NCBI RefSeq assembly: GCF_963921235.1
Contig: NC_086097.1
Span: 104,906,001 to 104,970,000, forward strand
Length of the DNA stretch: 64,000 nucleotides
Reading direction: 5' to 3'
DNA from: Mobula hypostoma
Taxonomy: Eukaryota
In this document: one piece after another, positions 23,541 to 35,264 of the stretch
How positions within the stretch are numbered: the first letter of the stretch is position 1
Layout of the letters: each line of letters opens with the position of its first letter
The notes under the pieces: model-generated
The model's input: only the letters and a program-made list of their open reading frames with translations
Databases searched by the model: none
What the model was told of the DNA's origin: nothing
Translations under genes and position numbers: made by a program

Positions 23541-24204
23541 GTATCAAAGAGTGTGAGTTCTCACAACCACTATGTATAGAGTTAGAATATTTCACATGTA
23601 GTACAATAGGATCCGGGTACCTATGCATTATGAAGGGAAGGTCTGCAGTTTTCATTTCTTAGTTACTTGTAGTTGCATGCAGTGTAACTCCCTTTGTAAT
23701 CAATCATCTGGCCATTTTGTCCCATTACCATTCTGCCTTTCAGAAGCTGAAAATCAATGTACAAAGTGAGACCCTGATGGAATATGCTGGTTTGATAATG
23801 CATTTTGGAGGTTCAGTTAAGGCATTATGTTAAGGGATTGCACAAGTTGAATAGCTTCGTTCATCTGAGCCCAAATCAGATTGGATACAGGGTACATGTG
23901 TGCCAAGGATTGTTACTCTGAACTCCAGAACAGACCCAAAATTTGTAGTGCTAGCCTTAACAGCTTGAATAGGGATTTGACCTTTGTCAGGATTGGATGT
24001 CTGCAAATCTCATTGTAGACCCATTGAAAGGATCTTAAATGTCCCCTCAGTAATGTCCTCTTCTTCTTTGGGTCTCCAGAATAAGAAGGTCAGCATAGGA
24101 TATACAACCAAGAAAGTAAGAGGAAGCTCTAGCAAACAGATGGTTTTTAAATATTGACAGTTTCCATAATCTGGATTGTGGGAATGCTGAATGATGGGTG
24201 GGGT

Positions 24205-24545
24205 GGTTGAGGGGTAAGCAAGATCCGTGGTAACAACAGATTCACTCAGCATAGAAACAATCCTTTGGCCAATTAAGTCCATGCCAAGCATCAATCCCAT
24301 TTTATCATCTGCACACTTCTGAAAGCTCCTTCCTCCCTCCTCCCCCTCCACCCCATGCCCTTATGTATTCCACCAGCATCTTCAACCATTTACACAGCAT
24401 GGACGATTTACAGCAGCCAGTTAACCTATCAATCCATTTGTCTGGCAAGGTGAATGTCTAAGCTCCATATAGGCATGTTGGAGGTTAGGATTGAACCTGG
24501 ATCTCTAGTACTGTGAGACAGTAGCTTGACTAGTTGCACCACAAC
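24205..24545 (-). mobile_element. Old tRNA-derived SINE (V-SINE-like)
   Basis: The minus strand head GTGGTGCAACTAGTC...CTCACAG...CCAGGTTCAATCC resembles A/B boxes. Degenerate GGTTAACTGGCTGCTGTAAAT core. Confidence 0.55.
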
Positions 24546-24935
24546 GTACTTAAGGACGAATTAGCAGGGTTGTGAGGAGTAGTGGATTGAGTTGTGTTTT
24601 TTGTAGCACTAACTACTGTATTTGAATTCCACATTTTGTGCTGAGGTCTTGTAACTGCTTTATTAATGTTTCACCATGGGGGAAAATGTCCTAAGTTCCT
24701 ACAGAAACATGAGAAAAATTGACAAATGCCCAAAAGAAAGGGTGTTAACCAAGGGTGTTAAAAATGCCCAGACAATTGGGTTTTAATTAGCTGGTTTCTG
24801 TTAGAAGGATGTGGTAAAATTGAGGGAAATCAAGAGCTTGAAGTGAAGATTGTTGAAGGTATGGCTACTGATGGACTAAAAATTTGGGAGAATACTCAAA
24901 GGACTGAGTTGTGGACAAAACATGTTATAGAAATA

Positions 24936-25527
24936 CAGTGGATCCCAGTTAATTGTGCCATCAGTTAATAAGGGCATTTGCTTATTTGGGACAACTCTTA
25001 AATAATAAAATAACCGTGGAAGTAGCTGGGATTCCCTTCGTTTATTTGGGACATTATGCTGCTTAATTGGGACAGGAGACAAGAGACTGTTGCCTAATAG
25101 TTTCTATCGTAAGTCGCATGCACATGTGTGGTCGTTGGACATCATGGAACGAATAGTGTCAGTTGCATGCGCTTGTATTATGTTATTCATTTTGGGCTGA
25201 TGGGGGCTGATTTAAAAAAGCAGTGATTTTTGATCATTTTGTTTTTTATTTTGACTTGATGCAGGAAGGCCTTGAAGGCAATTTTGACTAGGTGTTTGCA
25301 CTGATTTTGTTCATTTACAATGAATCAAAAGAATACAGTTTTGTAATACTGCAGTAGTGTTGGTAGTGTTCTAATTTCTGCCGTATGAAACAACACTTAA
25401 ATGCATAATTTTTTACTTGGTTAAGCAACTTTTTCTACTTCCATGAAACTTCAGCTACTTGGGGCAGCTGTTTAATTGGACCAAAATGTACTGGTCCAGA
25501 TGTGCCCCATTTAACCAGAATGCACTG
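24936..25527. mobile_element. Tc1/mariner-superfamily (Tigger-like) MITE
   Basis: TA|CAGTGGATCCCAGTTAATTG ... CATTTAACCAGAATGCACTG|TA: imperfect TIRs with a TA duplication, and internal TAATTGGGACA-like repeats. Confidence 0.7.
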
Positions 25528-25713
25528 TATATGGTGAAGAATGATAAGGGGAATCAGAATCTACTACAGACAGTATAACAAAGTGGTGCTTAGCAACCCG
25601 CTGGCTGGCTTTGTAAGTGACTCTGTGTAACGCAGTGGGAACTCATCTGAGAATTACTGGTGATAGGGTGAAGGCAACAGCACTCATGGTTTTTCACTAT
25701 TACCTCTTTGCAG

Positions 25714-25791
25714 GCTGAGGTCCAGAGTGAGAGGACCAAGCAGATGGACCCATTCACCAGGCGCCAGTGTCAACCCACCATCGTCTCCAAT
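25714..25791 (+). CDS. RTF1: RTF1 coding exon (AEVQSERTKQMDPFTRRQCQPTIVSN)
   Basis: CTCTTTGCAG acceptor, GTAAGG donor. 78 nt, phase 0-0. Matches RTF1 QMDPFTRRQCKPTIVSN. Not in the ORF track. Confidence 0.95.
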
Positions 25792-26009
25792 GTAAGGACT
25801 GTTTGTGATTCAACCAGCAGCCTAAATAAATATACAGTGCTATCAGAGCACCTTGCCAAGTAGTTATCAACTGATGACAGAGTCTGTCATGCTGTATGAA
25901 TGTCAAGTAGTTGCAGCATGGCAGTTGGGTTTATAATGCTACCTTAGGAGGGAGGAAGGAGGGTTTATAGACTGGGTTTTACTCTAGATTGCAGCCTGCA
26001 AAAAAATAG

Positions 26010-28630
26010 ATGGGTGTGGCATTGCCAATCAGGGATAGTACCACAGATGCAGAAATGGAGGTCATTCTGTAGACAACTGAATTACTGTGGGTGAAAGTCA
26101 GAAACGGGAAGGGAGCAATCGTTCTATTGAGACTATTCTTTAGACACCCCCCCCCCCCCCCCGTAGCACAAAGACAATGAGGAGCAGATTGGGAGGCAGA
26201 TTTTGGAAAGGGGATAAAGTAACAGGGTTGTTGTCATGGGTGACTTCAATTTCCCTAATATTGATTGGCACCTCCTTAGTGCAAAAGATTGTGAATTTCT
26301 TGGGTATATCCAGAAAGGATTCCTGTCGATGAGTCTCCCACAGAGCCCATACTGGATCTGGTACTAGGCAATGAACCTGATCTCTTAGTGAGTGGATTCT
26401 GAAGAGTGACCACAACTCCTTGACCTTTACCATAGTTTTTGGCAGGGATAGAAGCAGACTATATGGGAATGTATTTAATTGGGGGAGGGCAAATTACGAT
26501 GCTGTTTGGCAGAAAATTGGTGGCATAAATTGGGAACAGATGTACTCGGGGAGATGCACAGAGGAACTGTGGTTGTTTATGGAGGACTTTCATTAGTTTC
26601 TGGATAGGTTTGTCCTATTGAGGCAGGGAAAGGATGGCAGGGTGAAGGAACCATGGTTACCAAAAGATGTTGAAAATCTAATCAAGAGAACGAAGGAAGC
26701 ATAAATAAAGTTAGTAAGCAAAGAACAGACGGGCTGTAGAGGTAGCCAGGAAGTAGCTTAAGAAAGGATTTGGGAGAGCTTGAAAGGGGCATGAGAAGGC
26801 CTTGGCGTGTGGTGGGATTAACCAAAACACCAAGGCATTCTACATGTATTTCGTGATTTTTATTAACGACCTGGATGTGGGGGTAGAAGGCTGGGTTGGC
26901 AAGTTTGCAAATGACACAAAGGTTGGTGGTGTTGTAGATAGTGTAGAAGATTGTCAAAGATTGCAGAGAGACATTGATAGGATGCAGAAGTGGGCAGAGA
27001 AGTGGCAGATGGAGTTTTTCCCGGAGAAGTGTGAAGTGGTACACTTTGGAAGGACAAACTCCAAGGCAGAGTACAAAGTAAGTGGCAGGATACTTGGTAG
27101 TGTGGAGGAGCAGAGGGATCTGGGGGTACATGTCCACAGATCCCTGAAAGTTGCCTCACAGGTAGATAGGGTAGTTAAGAAAGCTTATGGGTTGTTAGCT
27201 TTCATAAGTTGAAGGATAGAGTTTAAGAGTTGCGATGTAATGATGCAGCTCTATAAAACTCTGGTTAGGCCACAGTTGGAGTACTGTGTCCAGTTCTGGT
27301 CGCCTCAACATAGGAAGGATGTGGAAGCATTGGAAAGGGTACAGAGGAGATTTACCAGGATGCTGCCTGGTTTAGAGAGTATGCATTATGATCAGAGATT
27401 AAGGCTTTACTCTTTGGAGAGAAGGAGGATGAGAGGAGACATGATAGAGGTGTACAAGATAATAAGAGGAATAGATAGAGTGGATAGCCAGCCCCTCTTC
27501 CCCAGGGCACCACTGCTCAATACAAGAGGACATGGCTTTAAGGTAAGGGGTGGGAAGTTCAAGGGGGATATTAGAGGAAGGTTTTTTACTCAGAGAGTGG
27601 TTGGTGCGTGGAATGCACTGCCTGAGTCAGTGGTGGAGGCAGATACACTAGTGATATTTAAGAAACTACTAGACGGGTATATGAAGGAATTTAAGGTGGG
27701 GGCTTATATGGGAGGCAGGGTTTGAGGGTCGGCACAACATTGTGGGCCGAAGGGCCAGCACTGTGCTGTACTATTCTATATTATGTATGTGAAGAAGAGA
27801 AAAATGGCTAGAGTGAGGGTAGGACCAATCAAGGATAGTAAAAGAAACATATGCCTGGAGTCAGAGGAGATAGGGGAGGTCCTTAATAAATACTTTGCTT
27901 CAGTATTCACCAGTGAGAGGGATCTTGACGTTTGTGAGGACAGCCTGAGATATGTCAATGTTTCAAAAGAGGGTGTGCTAGAACTTTTGAAAAGCATTAG
28001 GATAGGTGAGCCCCTGACAGATAAACACTAGGTTATTATGGGAAGCTAGGAGAGAGATTGCTGCACCTTAGGCGATTATCTTTGCATCCCCACTGGCTGC
28101 AGGAGTCGTACCAGATGACTAGAGGGTGTTCAAGAAAAGTAATAGGGACAACTCTGAGAATTATAGATCAGTGAGTCGGATCAATAGTGGGAAAACTGTT
28201 AAAGGAGATTTTTAGAAACAAAATTTACGAGCATTTGAAGAAGCATAGTCTGATTAGGGATTTGTGAGGGGCAGGTCGTACCTCACTACCCTGATTAAAT
28301 TCTTTGAGGAAGTGACAAAACAAAATGAAGGTAGAGCAGTGGGTGTGGTGTATATGGATTTTAGTAAAGCATTTAACAAGTTCTTCACAGTCGGCTCATT
28401 CAGAAAGTCACGAGGCACGGGATAAAGGGAAACTTTGTCTGTGTAAGTGGTATGTATTCTGCTTGGGGGTTGGTGAGTTTTCCACAGGGATCTCTTCTGG
28501 GACCCCAGCTCTTTGTGCTTTTCTTTTTATAAATGACTTGGAAGAGGATGTAAGTGGATGAGACAGTAATTTGCAGATGACATGAATTTGGTGTAGGGTA
28601 CAATGGGACATTGATAGGAACAGAGCTGGG
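26010..28630 (+). mobile_element. Older CR1 LINE (EN to RT) interrupted by a younger CR1
   Basis: VVMGDFNFPNIDW at ~26230. The KAFYMYVK coding sequence is split between 26845 and 27783. NKYFASVFT at ~27890. Confidence 0.8.
26850..27782 (+). mobile_element. Young 5'-truncated CR1 LINE inserted into an older CR1
   Basis: ORFs 26802-27212 and 27240-27725. ATGTAT flanks both ends (26844-49, 27783-88). TTCTAT tail. Confidence 0.9.
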
Positions 28631-28715
28631 ATAAAATTTATTTCTTCAGTGGTTTGAACAGGGCACGACTGCACAAGTGTGTGGAGGTCAGCCAGTGAGA
28701 AAAGTGGGAAGAGAT

Positions 28716-29127
28716 AAACTTTATACTTCATTGTCGCCAAACAATTGATACTAGAACGTACAATCATCACAGTGATATTTGATTCTGCGCTTCCCGCCCC
28801 CGGATTACAAATTGATACTAAGTATTAAAAATTTAAATTATAAATCATAAATAGAAAATAGAAAAATGGAAAGTAAGGTAGTGCAAAAAAAACGAGAGGC
28901 AGGTCCGGATATTTGGAGGGTACGGCCCAGATCCAGGTCAGGATCCGTTCAGCAGTCTTATCAGTCTTAGCCCTTTGGTGATAAAGGGCTGTTCCCAAAT
29001 CTGGCTGTACGAGTCTTCAAGCTCCTGAGCCTTCTCCCGGAGGGAAGAGGGATGAAAAGTGTGTTGGCTGGGTAGGTCGTGTCCTTGATTATCCTGGCAG
29101 CACTGCTCCAACAGCGTGCGGTGTAAA
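28716..29127 (-). mobile_element. 5'-truncated Rex1-type LINE of the same family as 7087-10668
   Basis: Near-identical 3' UTR (TTATACTTC.TTGTCGCCAAACAATTGATACTAGAACG) and C-terminal peptide IIKDTT.PANTLFIPLPSGRRLRSLKTRTARFGNS. Confidence 0.9.
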
Positions 29128-32100
29128 AGCGAGCAGAGTTGAAAAGGTGACAGTTATTTCTTTCGCGGTTTGAACGGGGCACGACTGTGCAAGCGGGTGG
29201 AGATCAGCCAGTGAGAACAGCAGGAAGAGTTTAAAAGGAAGACAGATTTACAGAGCGGGCAACGGAGTAAAGGAAGACAGAGTAGGAAAGCTTTGGCTCA
29301 ACGGGGCTTCGGTGATAAAGGGTCAAGGCCAGGTAGGTTATCTGTTTAAAATAAAGTCAAAGTATGTGTGTGAGGCCAGTTTTTTGTGCTCAGTGTCAGA
29401 TGTGGGAGGTACTGGAGACTCCCAGGCCGGGATGACCACGTTTGCACCAGGTGTGTCGAGTTGCAGCTCCTTAGGGACCACGTTAGGGAACTGGAGCTGC
29501 AGCTCAATGACCTTCGTCTGGTCAGGGAGAGTGAGGAGGTGATAGAGAGGAGCTATAGGCAGGTAGTCACCCCGGGACCACAGGAGATAGACAAGTGGGT
29601 AACAATCAGGAGAGGGAAAGGGAAGAAGCAGGTGCTAGAGAGTACCCCTGTGGCTGTCCCCCTTAACAATAAATGTTCCTGTTTGAGTACTGTTGGGGGG
29701 GTGGGGCGGCCTCCCTGGGGGAAGCAACACTGTCTGGCCCTGTGACTCAGATGGGTAGGGAAAGGAAGAGGATAGCAGCAGTAATAGGGGACTCTATAGT
29801 TAGGGGGGGTCAGATAGACAATTCTGTGGATGCAGGAAAAAAAAGCGGATGGTAGTTTGCCTCCCAGGTGCCAGGGTCTGGGATGTTTCTGATTCTGAAG
29901 GAGAACAGCCAGAGGTTGTGGTACATATTGGTACCAATGACATAGGTAGGAAAAGGGAGGAGGTCCTCAAAAAAGACTACAGGGAGTTAGGAAAGAAGTT
30001 GAGAAGCAGGACCTCAAAGGTAGTAATCTCAGGATTACTGCCTGTGCCATGTGAGAGTAAGTATAAGAATAAGTTGAGGTGGAGGATAAATGTGTGGCTG
30101 AGGGATTGGAGCAGGGGGCAGGGATTCAGATTTCTGGATCATTGGGACCTCTTCTGGAGCAGGTGTGGCCTGTACAAAAAGGACGGGTTGCACTTGAATC
30201 CGAGAGTGACCAATATCCTGGAGGGAAGGTTTGCTAAGGCTATTGGGGAGAGTTTAAACTAGAATTGCTGTGGGGTGGGAACTGCACTGAAGTGACGGAG
30301 GAAAGGGAGGTTGGCTCACAAATAGAGAAAGCTTGGAGACAGTGCGAAAGGGAGGATAGGCAGCTGATAGAGAAGGGACGCGCTTAGTCCGATGGTTTGA
30401 GATGTGTCTATCTTATTGCGAGGAGTATCATGAATAAAGTGGATGAGCTTATAGCGTGGATCAGCACTTGGCGCTATGATGTTGTGGCCATTACAGAGAC
30501 TTGGATGGTGCAGGGGCAGGTATGGCTACTACAAGTGCCAAGCTTCAGGTGCTTCAGAAAGGACGAGGGGGTGCAAAAGAGGTGAGGGCATGGCCCTGTT
30601 GATTAGAGGTAGTGTCACGACTGCAGAAAAGGAGGAAATCATGGAGGGGTTGTCTACGGAGTCTCTGTGGTGGAAGTTGGGAATCGGAAGTGGTCAATAA
30701 CTCTACTGGGTGTTTTTTATAGACAACCCAATAGTAACAAAGACATTGAGGAGCAGATAGGGAGACAGATTCTGGAAAGGAGTAAGAATAACAGGGTTGT
30801 TGTGGGAGATTTTAATTTCCCAAATATTGATTGGCATCTCCCTAGAGTGCGGGGTTTAGATGGGGTAGAGTTTGTTAGGTATGTTCAGGAAGGTTTCTTG
30901 ACACAATATGTGTCAACAAGACATACAAGAGGAAAGGCTGTACTTGATCTGGTATTGGGAAATGAACCTGGTCTGGTTTCAGATCTCTCAGTGGGAGAGC
31001 ATTTTGTAGATAGTGATCACAATTCTATCTCCCTTACCATAGCATTAGAGAGGGATAGGAACAGACAGATTAGGGAAATGTTTAATTGGAGTAAGGGGAA
31101 ATATGAGGCTATCAAGCAGGAACTTGGAAGCATAAATTGTAAACAGATGTTCTCAGGGAAAGGTACAGAAGAAATGTGGCAAATGTTCAGGGGATATTTG
31201 CGTGGGGTTCTGAGTAGGTACGTTCCAATTAAACATGGAAAGGATGGTAGGATACAAGATCCGTGGTGTACAAAGGTTAGTCAAATGTAGTCAAGAAGAA
31301 AAGAAGAGCTTACGAAAGGTTCAAAAAAACTAGGTAATGATAGAGATCTAGAAGATTATAAGGCTAGCAGGATGGAACTTAAGAATGAAATTAGGAGAGC
31401 CAGAAGGGGCCATCAGAAGGCCTTGGAGGATTAAAGAAAACCCCAAGGCATTCTACAAGTATGTGAAGAGCAAGAGGATAAGACGTGAGCAAATAGGACC
31501 AATCAAGTGTGACAATGGAAAAGTGTATATGGAACCGGAGGAATTAGCGGAGGTACTTAATGAACACTTTGCTTCAGTATTCACTATGGAAAAGGATCTT
31601 GTTGATTGTAGTGCTGACTTGCAGCAGACTGAAAAGCTGGAGCATATAGATATTAAGGAAGAGGATGTGCTGGAGCTTTTGGAAAGTATCAAGTTGGATA
31701 AGTCACCGGGACTGGACGGGATGTACCCCAAGCTACGGTGGAAAGCAAGAGAGGAGAATGCTGAGCCTCTGGCAATGATCTTTGCATCATCAATGAGGAC
31801 GGGAGAGGTTCCGGAGGATTGGAGGGTTGTGGATGTTGTTCCCTTATTCAAGAAAGGGAGTAGGGATAGCCCAGGAAATTATAGGCCAATGAGTCTTACT
31901 TCAGTGGTTGGTAAGTTGATGGAGAAGATCCTGAGAGGCAGGATTTATGAACATTTGGAGAGGCATAATATGATTAGGAATAGTCAGCATGGCTTTGTCA
32001 AAGGCAGGTCGTGCCTTACGAGCCAGATTGAATTTTTTGAGGATGTGACTAAGCACATTGATGAAAGTAGAGCCGTAGATGTAGTGTATATGGATTTTAG

Positions 32101-32901
32101 CAAGGCATTTGATAAGGTACCCCATGCAAGGCTTATTGAGAAAGTAAGGAGGCATGGGATCCAAGGGTACGTTGCTTTGTGGATCCAGAACTGGCTTGTT
32201 CACAGAAGGCAAAGAGAGATTGTAGACGGGTCATATTCTGCATGGAGGCCGGTGACCAGTGGTGTGCCTCAGGGATCTGTTCTGGGACCCCCTACTCTTT
32301 GTGAATTTTACAAATGACCTGGATGAGGAAGTGGAGGGATGGGTTAGTAAATTTGCTGATGACACAAAGGTTGGGGGTGTTGTGGATAGTGTGGAGGGCT
32401 GTCAGAGGTTACAACGGGACATTGATGGGATGCAAAACTGGGCTGAGAAGTGGCAGATGGAGTTCAACCCAGATAAGTGTGAGGAGGTTCATTTTGGTGG
32501 GTCAAATATGATGGCAGAATATAGCATTAATGGTAAAACTCTTGGCAGTGTGGAGGATCAGAGGAATCTTAGGGTCCGAGTCCATAGGAAACTCAAAGCT
32601 GCTATATCGGACCCTGGTCAGACCTCAATTGGAGTACTGTGCTCCGATCTGGTCGCCTCACTGTAGGAAGGACATGGAAAGCATAGAATGGTTGCAGAGG
32701 AGATTTACAAGGATGTTGCCTGGATTGGGGAGCATGCCTTATGAGAATAGGTTGAGTGAACTCGGCCTTTTCTCCTTGGAGCAACTGAGGATGAGAGGTG
32801 ACCTGATAGAGGTGTACAAGATAGTGAGAGGCATTGATCGTGTGGATAATCAGAGGCTTTCCCCCAGAGCTGAAATGGCTAGCATGAGAGGGCATAGTTT
32901 T

Positions 32902-33523
32902 CTTTTTCAGTATTTGCGTTATTAATTTCTACATAGAGAATACAGAGTTCAGGAAGTATAAGTCAAAAAAGATAAAATAATACCAATACATATTTGAATC
33001 ACATTTGCAATCTCATTACTCTGTATTCATGTAAATTAAATTAAATCATAATATTGAAATATGATAATTTTATTATTATACAGAAAAAAATTCTAAACCC
33101 TCTACAAGATCGAAGCTGCTAGGTAAAAAAAGAAAGTTGGGGAAAAAAATCCTTATCATATAGTAAGGTTTCGTATATTGACAGCCCAGTAATAAAACCT
33201 AAAATTGGGTAAAGCTATACCTCCATTCTTTTTAGCTTTTTGAAGATGAACTTTACTTAATCGAGAATGTCTATTTTTCCTTATATAGGATGATAGAATA
33301 GAATCAAAAAAAAGATTTAGGAATGAAATGGGTAAGGCTTGGAAAAGGTATATAAATTTAGGTAAGATATTCATTTGATTAGAATTAATTTGGCCAACCC
33401 ATGATAACAAAAGGGGCGACCAGTTTGATAGTGCCCTTTTAACATAATTCAGTAGGGTAAGAAAATTTTCTTTAGGTAGGTTAGTATTAATTGATACCAA
33501 ATTATTCAAAGAAATAGTTTTAA
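32902..33523 (-). mobile_element. Truncated, internally deleted L1 inserted in the CR1 3' end
   Basis: ORF 33156-33527 (MNILPKFIYLFQALP, GGIALPNFRFYYWAVN). 10-bp TSD GCATAGTTTT at 32892-32901 and 33524-33533. Confidence 0.88.
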
Positions 33524-33778
33524 GCATAGTTTTAAGGTGCTTGGAAGTAGTACAGATGTCAGGGGTAGGTTTTTTACGCAGAGTGGTGAGTGCGTGGAAT
33601 GGGATGCCGGTGGCGGTGGTGGAGGCAGAAACGATAGGATCTGAGAGACTCCTGAATGGCTACATGGAGCTTAGAAAATTGAGGGCTATGGATAAAGCCT
33701 AGATAGTTCTAAGCTAGGGACATGTTCGGCACAGCTTTGTGGGCCAAAGGGCCTGTATTGTGCTGTATGTTTTCTATG

Positions 33779-35040
33779 TGGCAGATGGAGTTCAGTACTG
33801 GAAAATGTGAGTGATACACTTTGTTAGGTAGAAGTTGAAGGCAAATTACAAAGTTACTGGTCGGATTCTTAGCAGTGTGGGGGAACAGAATCATGAGGCC
33901 CATGTCCATAGATCTGTTAAGCACCACGCAAGTTCATAGTGTGGTTAAGAAGCTATGTGGAGTGCTGGCCTTCATTCGTTGGAGGATTGAGTTCAAGAGC
34001 TGAAAGGTAATGTTGCAGTTCGATAATACTCTGGTTAAACCACGTTTGCAATATTGTATTCCGTTCTGGCCACCTCATTATAGGAACGATGCTATTCTCT
34101 TTGGAGCGAAGGAGGATGAGAGGTGGCCTGTTAGAGGTGTACAACATAGGAGGCATAGATAGTGGACAGCCAGAGACTTTTTCCCCAAGGCTGATATGAG
34201 GGAGCAAAATTTTAAAGTGATTAGAGGAAAGTATTGAGTACAGGAGAAGGGATGTTATGTTGGTGTATAAGAGATTAGTAAGGCCTAATTTGGAGCATTG
34301 TGCACAGTTTAGGTCACCTACCTACAGGACAGATGAAAATAAGGTTGAAAGAGTACAGAGAAGATTTACAAGGATGTTGCTGGCTCTGGAGGACCTGAGT
34401 TATAAGGGAAGTTTGAATAGTTTAGGACTTTATTCCTTAGACTGTAGAAGATTGAGGGGAGATTTGATAGAGGAATACAAAATTATGGGCAGTATAGATA
34501 GGATAAATGCAGGCTTTTTCCCGCCGAGGTTGGATGGGACTACAACTAGAGGTCATGGGTTAAGGGTGAAAGGTGAGAAGTTTAAGGGGAACATGAGGGG
34601 AACTTCTTCACTCAGAGGGTCATGAGAGTGTGGAATGAGCTGCCAGGGTAAGTGGTGCATGTGAGTTTGGTTTCAATGTTTAAGTCAAGTTTGGATAGGT
34701 ACGTGGATGATAGGGCTATGGTCTTGGTGCAGTTCAGTGGGAGTAGGCAGTTTAAATGGTTTGACTATACCAGATGGGCCAAATGGCCTTTCTCTGTGCT
34801 GTACTTTTCTGTAACTGTATGATTGTTTAGGGGTATGTCAGAGGTAGGTTGTTTGCATAGATGGTTGAGGCAAGTACATTAGGGATATTTAACAGACTCT
34901 TGGATAAGCACATGGATGCAAGAAAAATAGAGGGCTATGGAGTGAATGGTTAGATTGATCATGGCTTGGGGTAAAAGGCTGGCACAACATCAATGTGCCA
35001 GTGGGTCGAAACTGTGCAGTACTTTTCTATGTTCTATGAT
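33779..35040 (+). mobile_element. Cluster of nested CR1 3' fragments
   Basis: WQMEF..GKCE and LVRPNLEHCAQF (ORF 34257-34625) motifs. Two CR1 tails (~34815 and ~35035). Confidence 0.75.
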
Positions 35041-35165
35041 TGGGGTGGTTTGCAATCCTGTTTTTTAATCTAGTTGCTGAGTGGATGTACTTTATTTCTG
35101 AATAGTTTGTATTGACAAAGCTGAGCAGAGTGAGTTACCAATTTTATCTCCATGTTACTTCACAG

Positions 35166-35264
35166 TCTCGGGACCCTGCAGTCCAGGCTGCCATCATTGC
35201 TCATCTGAATGCCAAATATGGATCTGGGTCCCAGACAGAGCTCCCTCTGGAACTGAACAAACCG
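35166..35264 (+). CDS. RTF1: RTF1 coding exon ([33 protein letters not shown])
   Basis: CTTCACAG acceptor, GTAAGA donor. 99 nt, phase 0-0. Matches RTF1 [21 protein letters not shown]. Confidence 0.95.

Larger units (their letters stand above)
28638..33778 (+). mobile_element. Near full-length CR1 LINE: 5' UTR repeats, ORF1 (Zn finger, coiled coil, SGNH esterase), ORF2 (EN-RT)
   Basis: ORF1 pieces: HVCTRCVELQLLRDHVRELE, VIGDSIVR, VVCLPGARV, VHIGTNDIG, DGLHLN (29365-30262). ORF2 pieces at 30397-32900. The 3' end resumes at 33524 and ends in TTTCTATG. Confidence 0.92.

Noticed and set aside
26147..26162. Poly-C run (also ~42090 and ~57170) as a G-quadruplex element
   Set aside because: Simple homopolymer expansions inside decayed TEs, with nothing supporting function.
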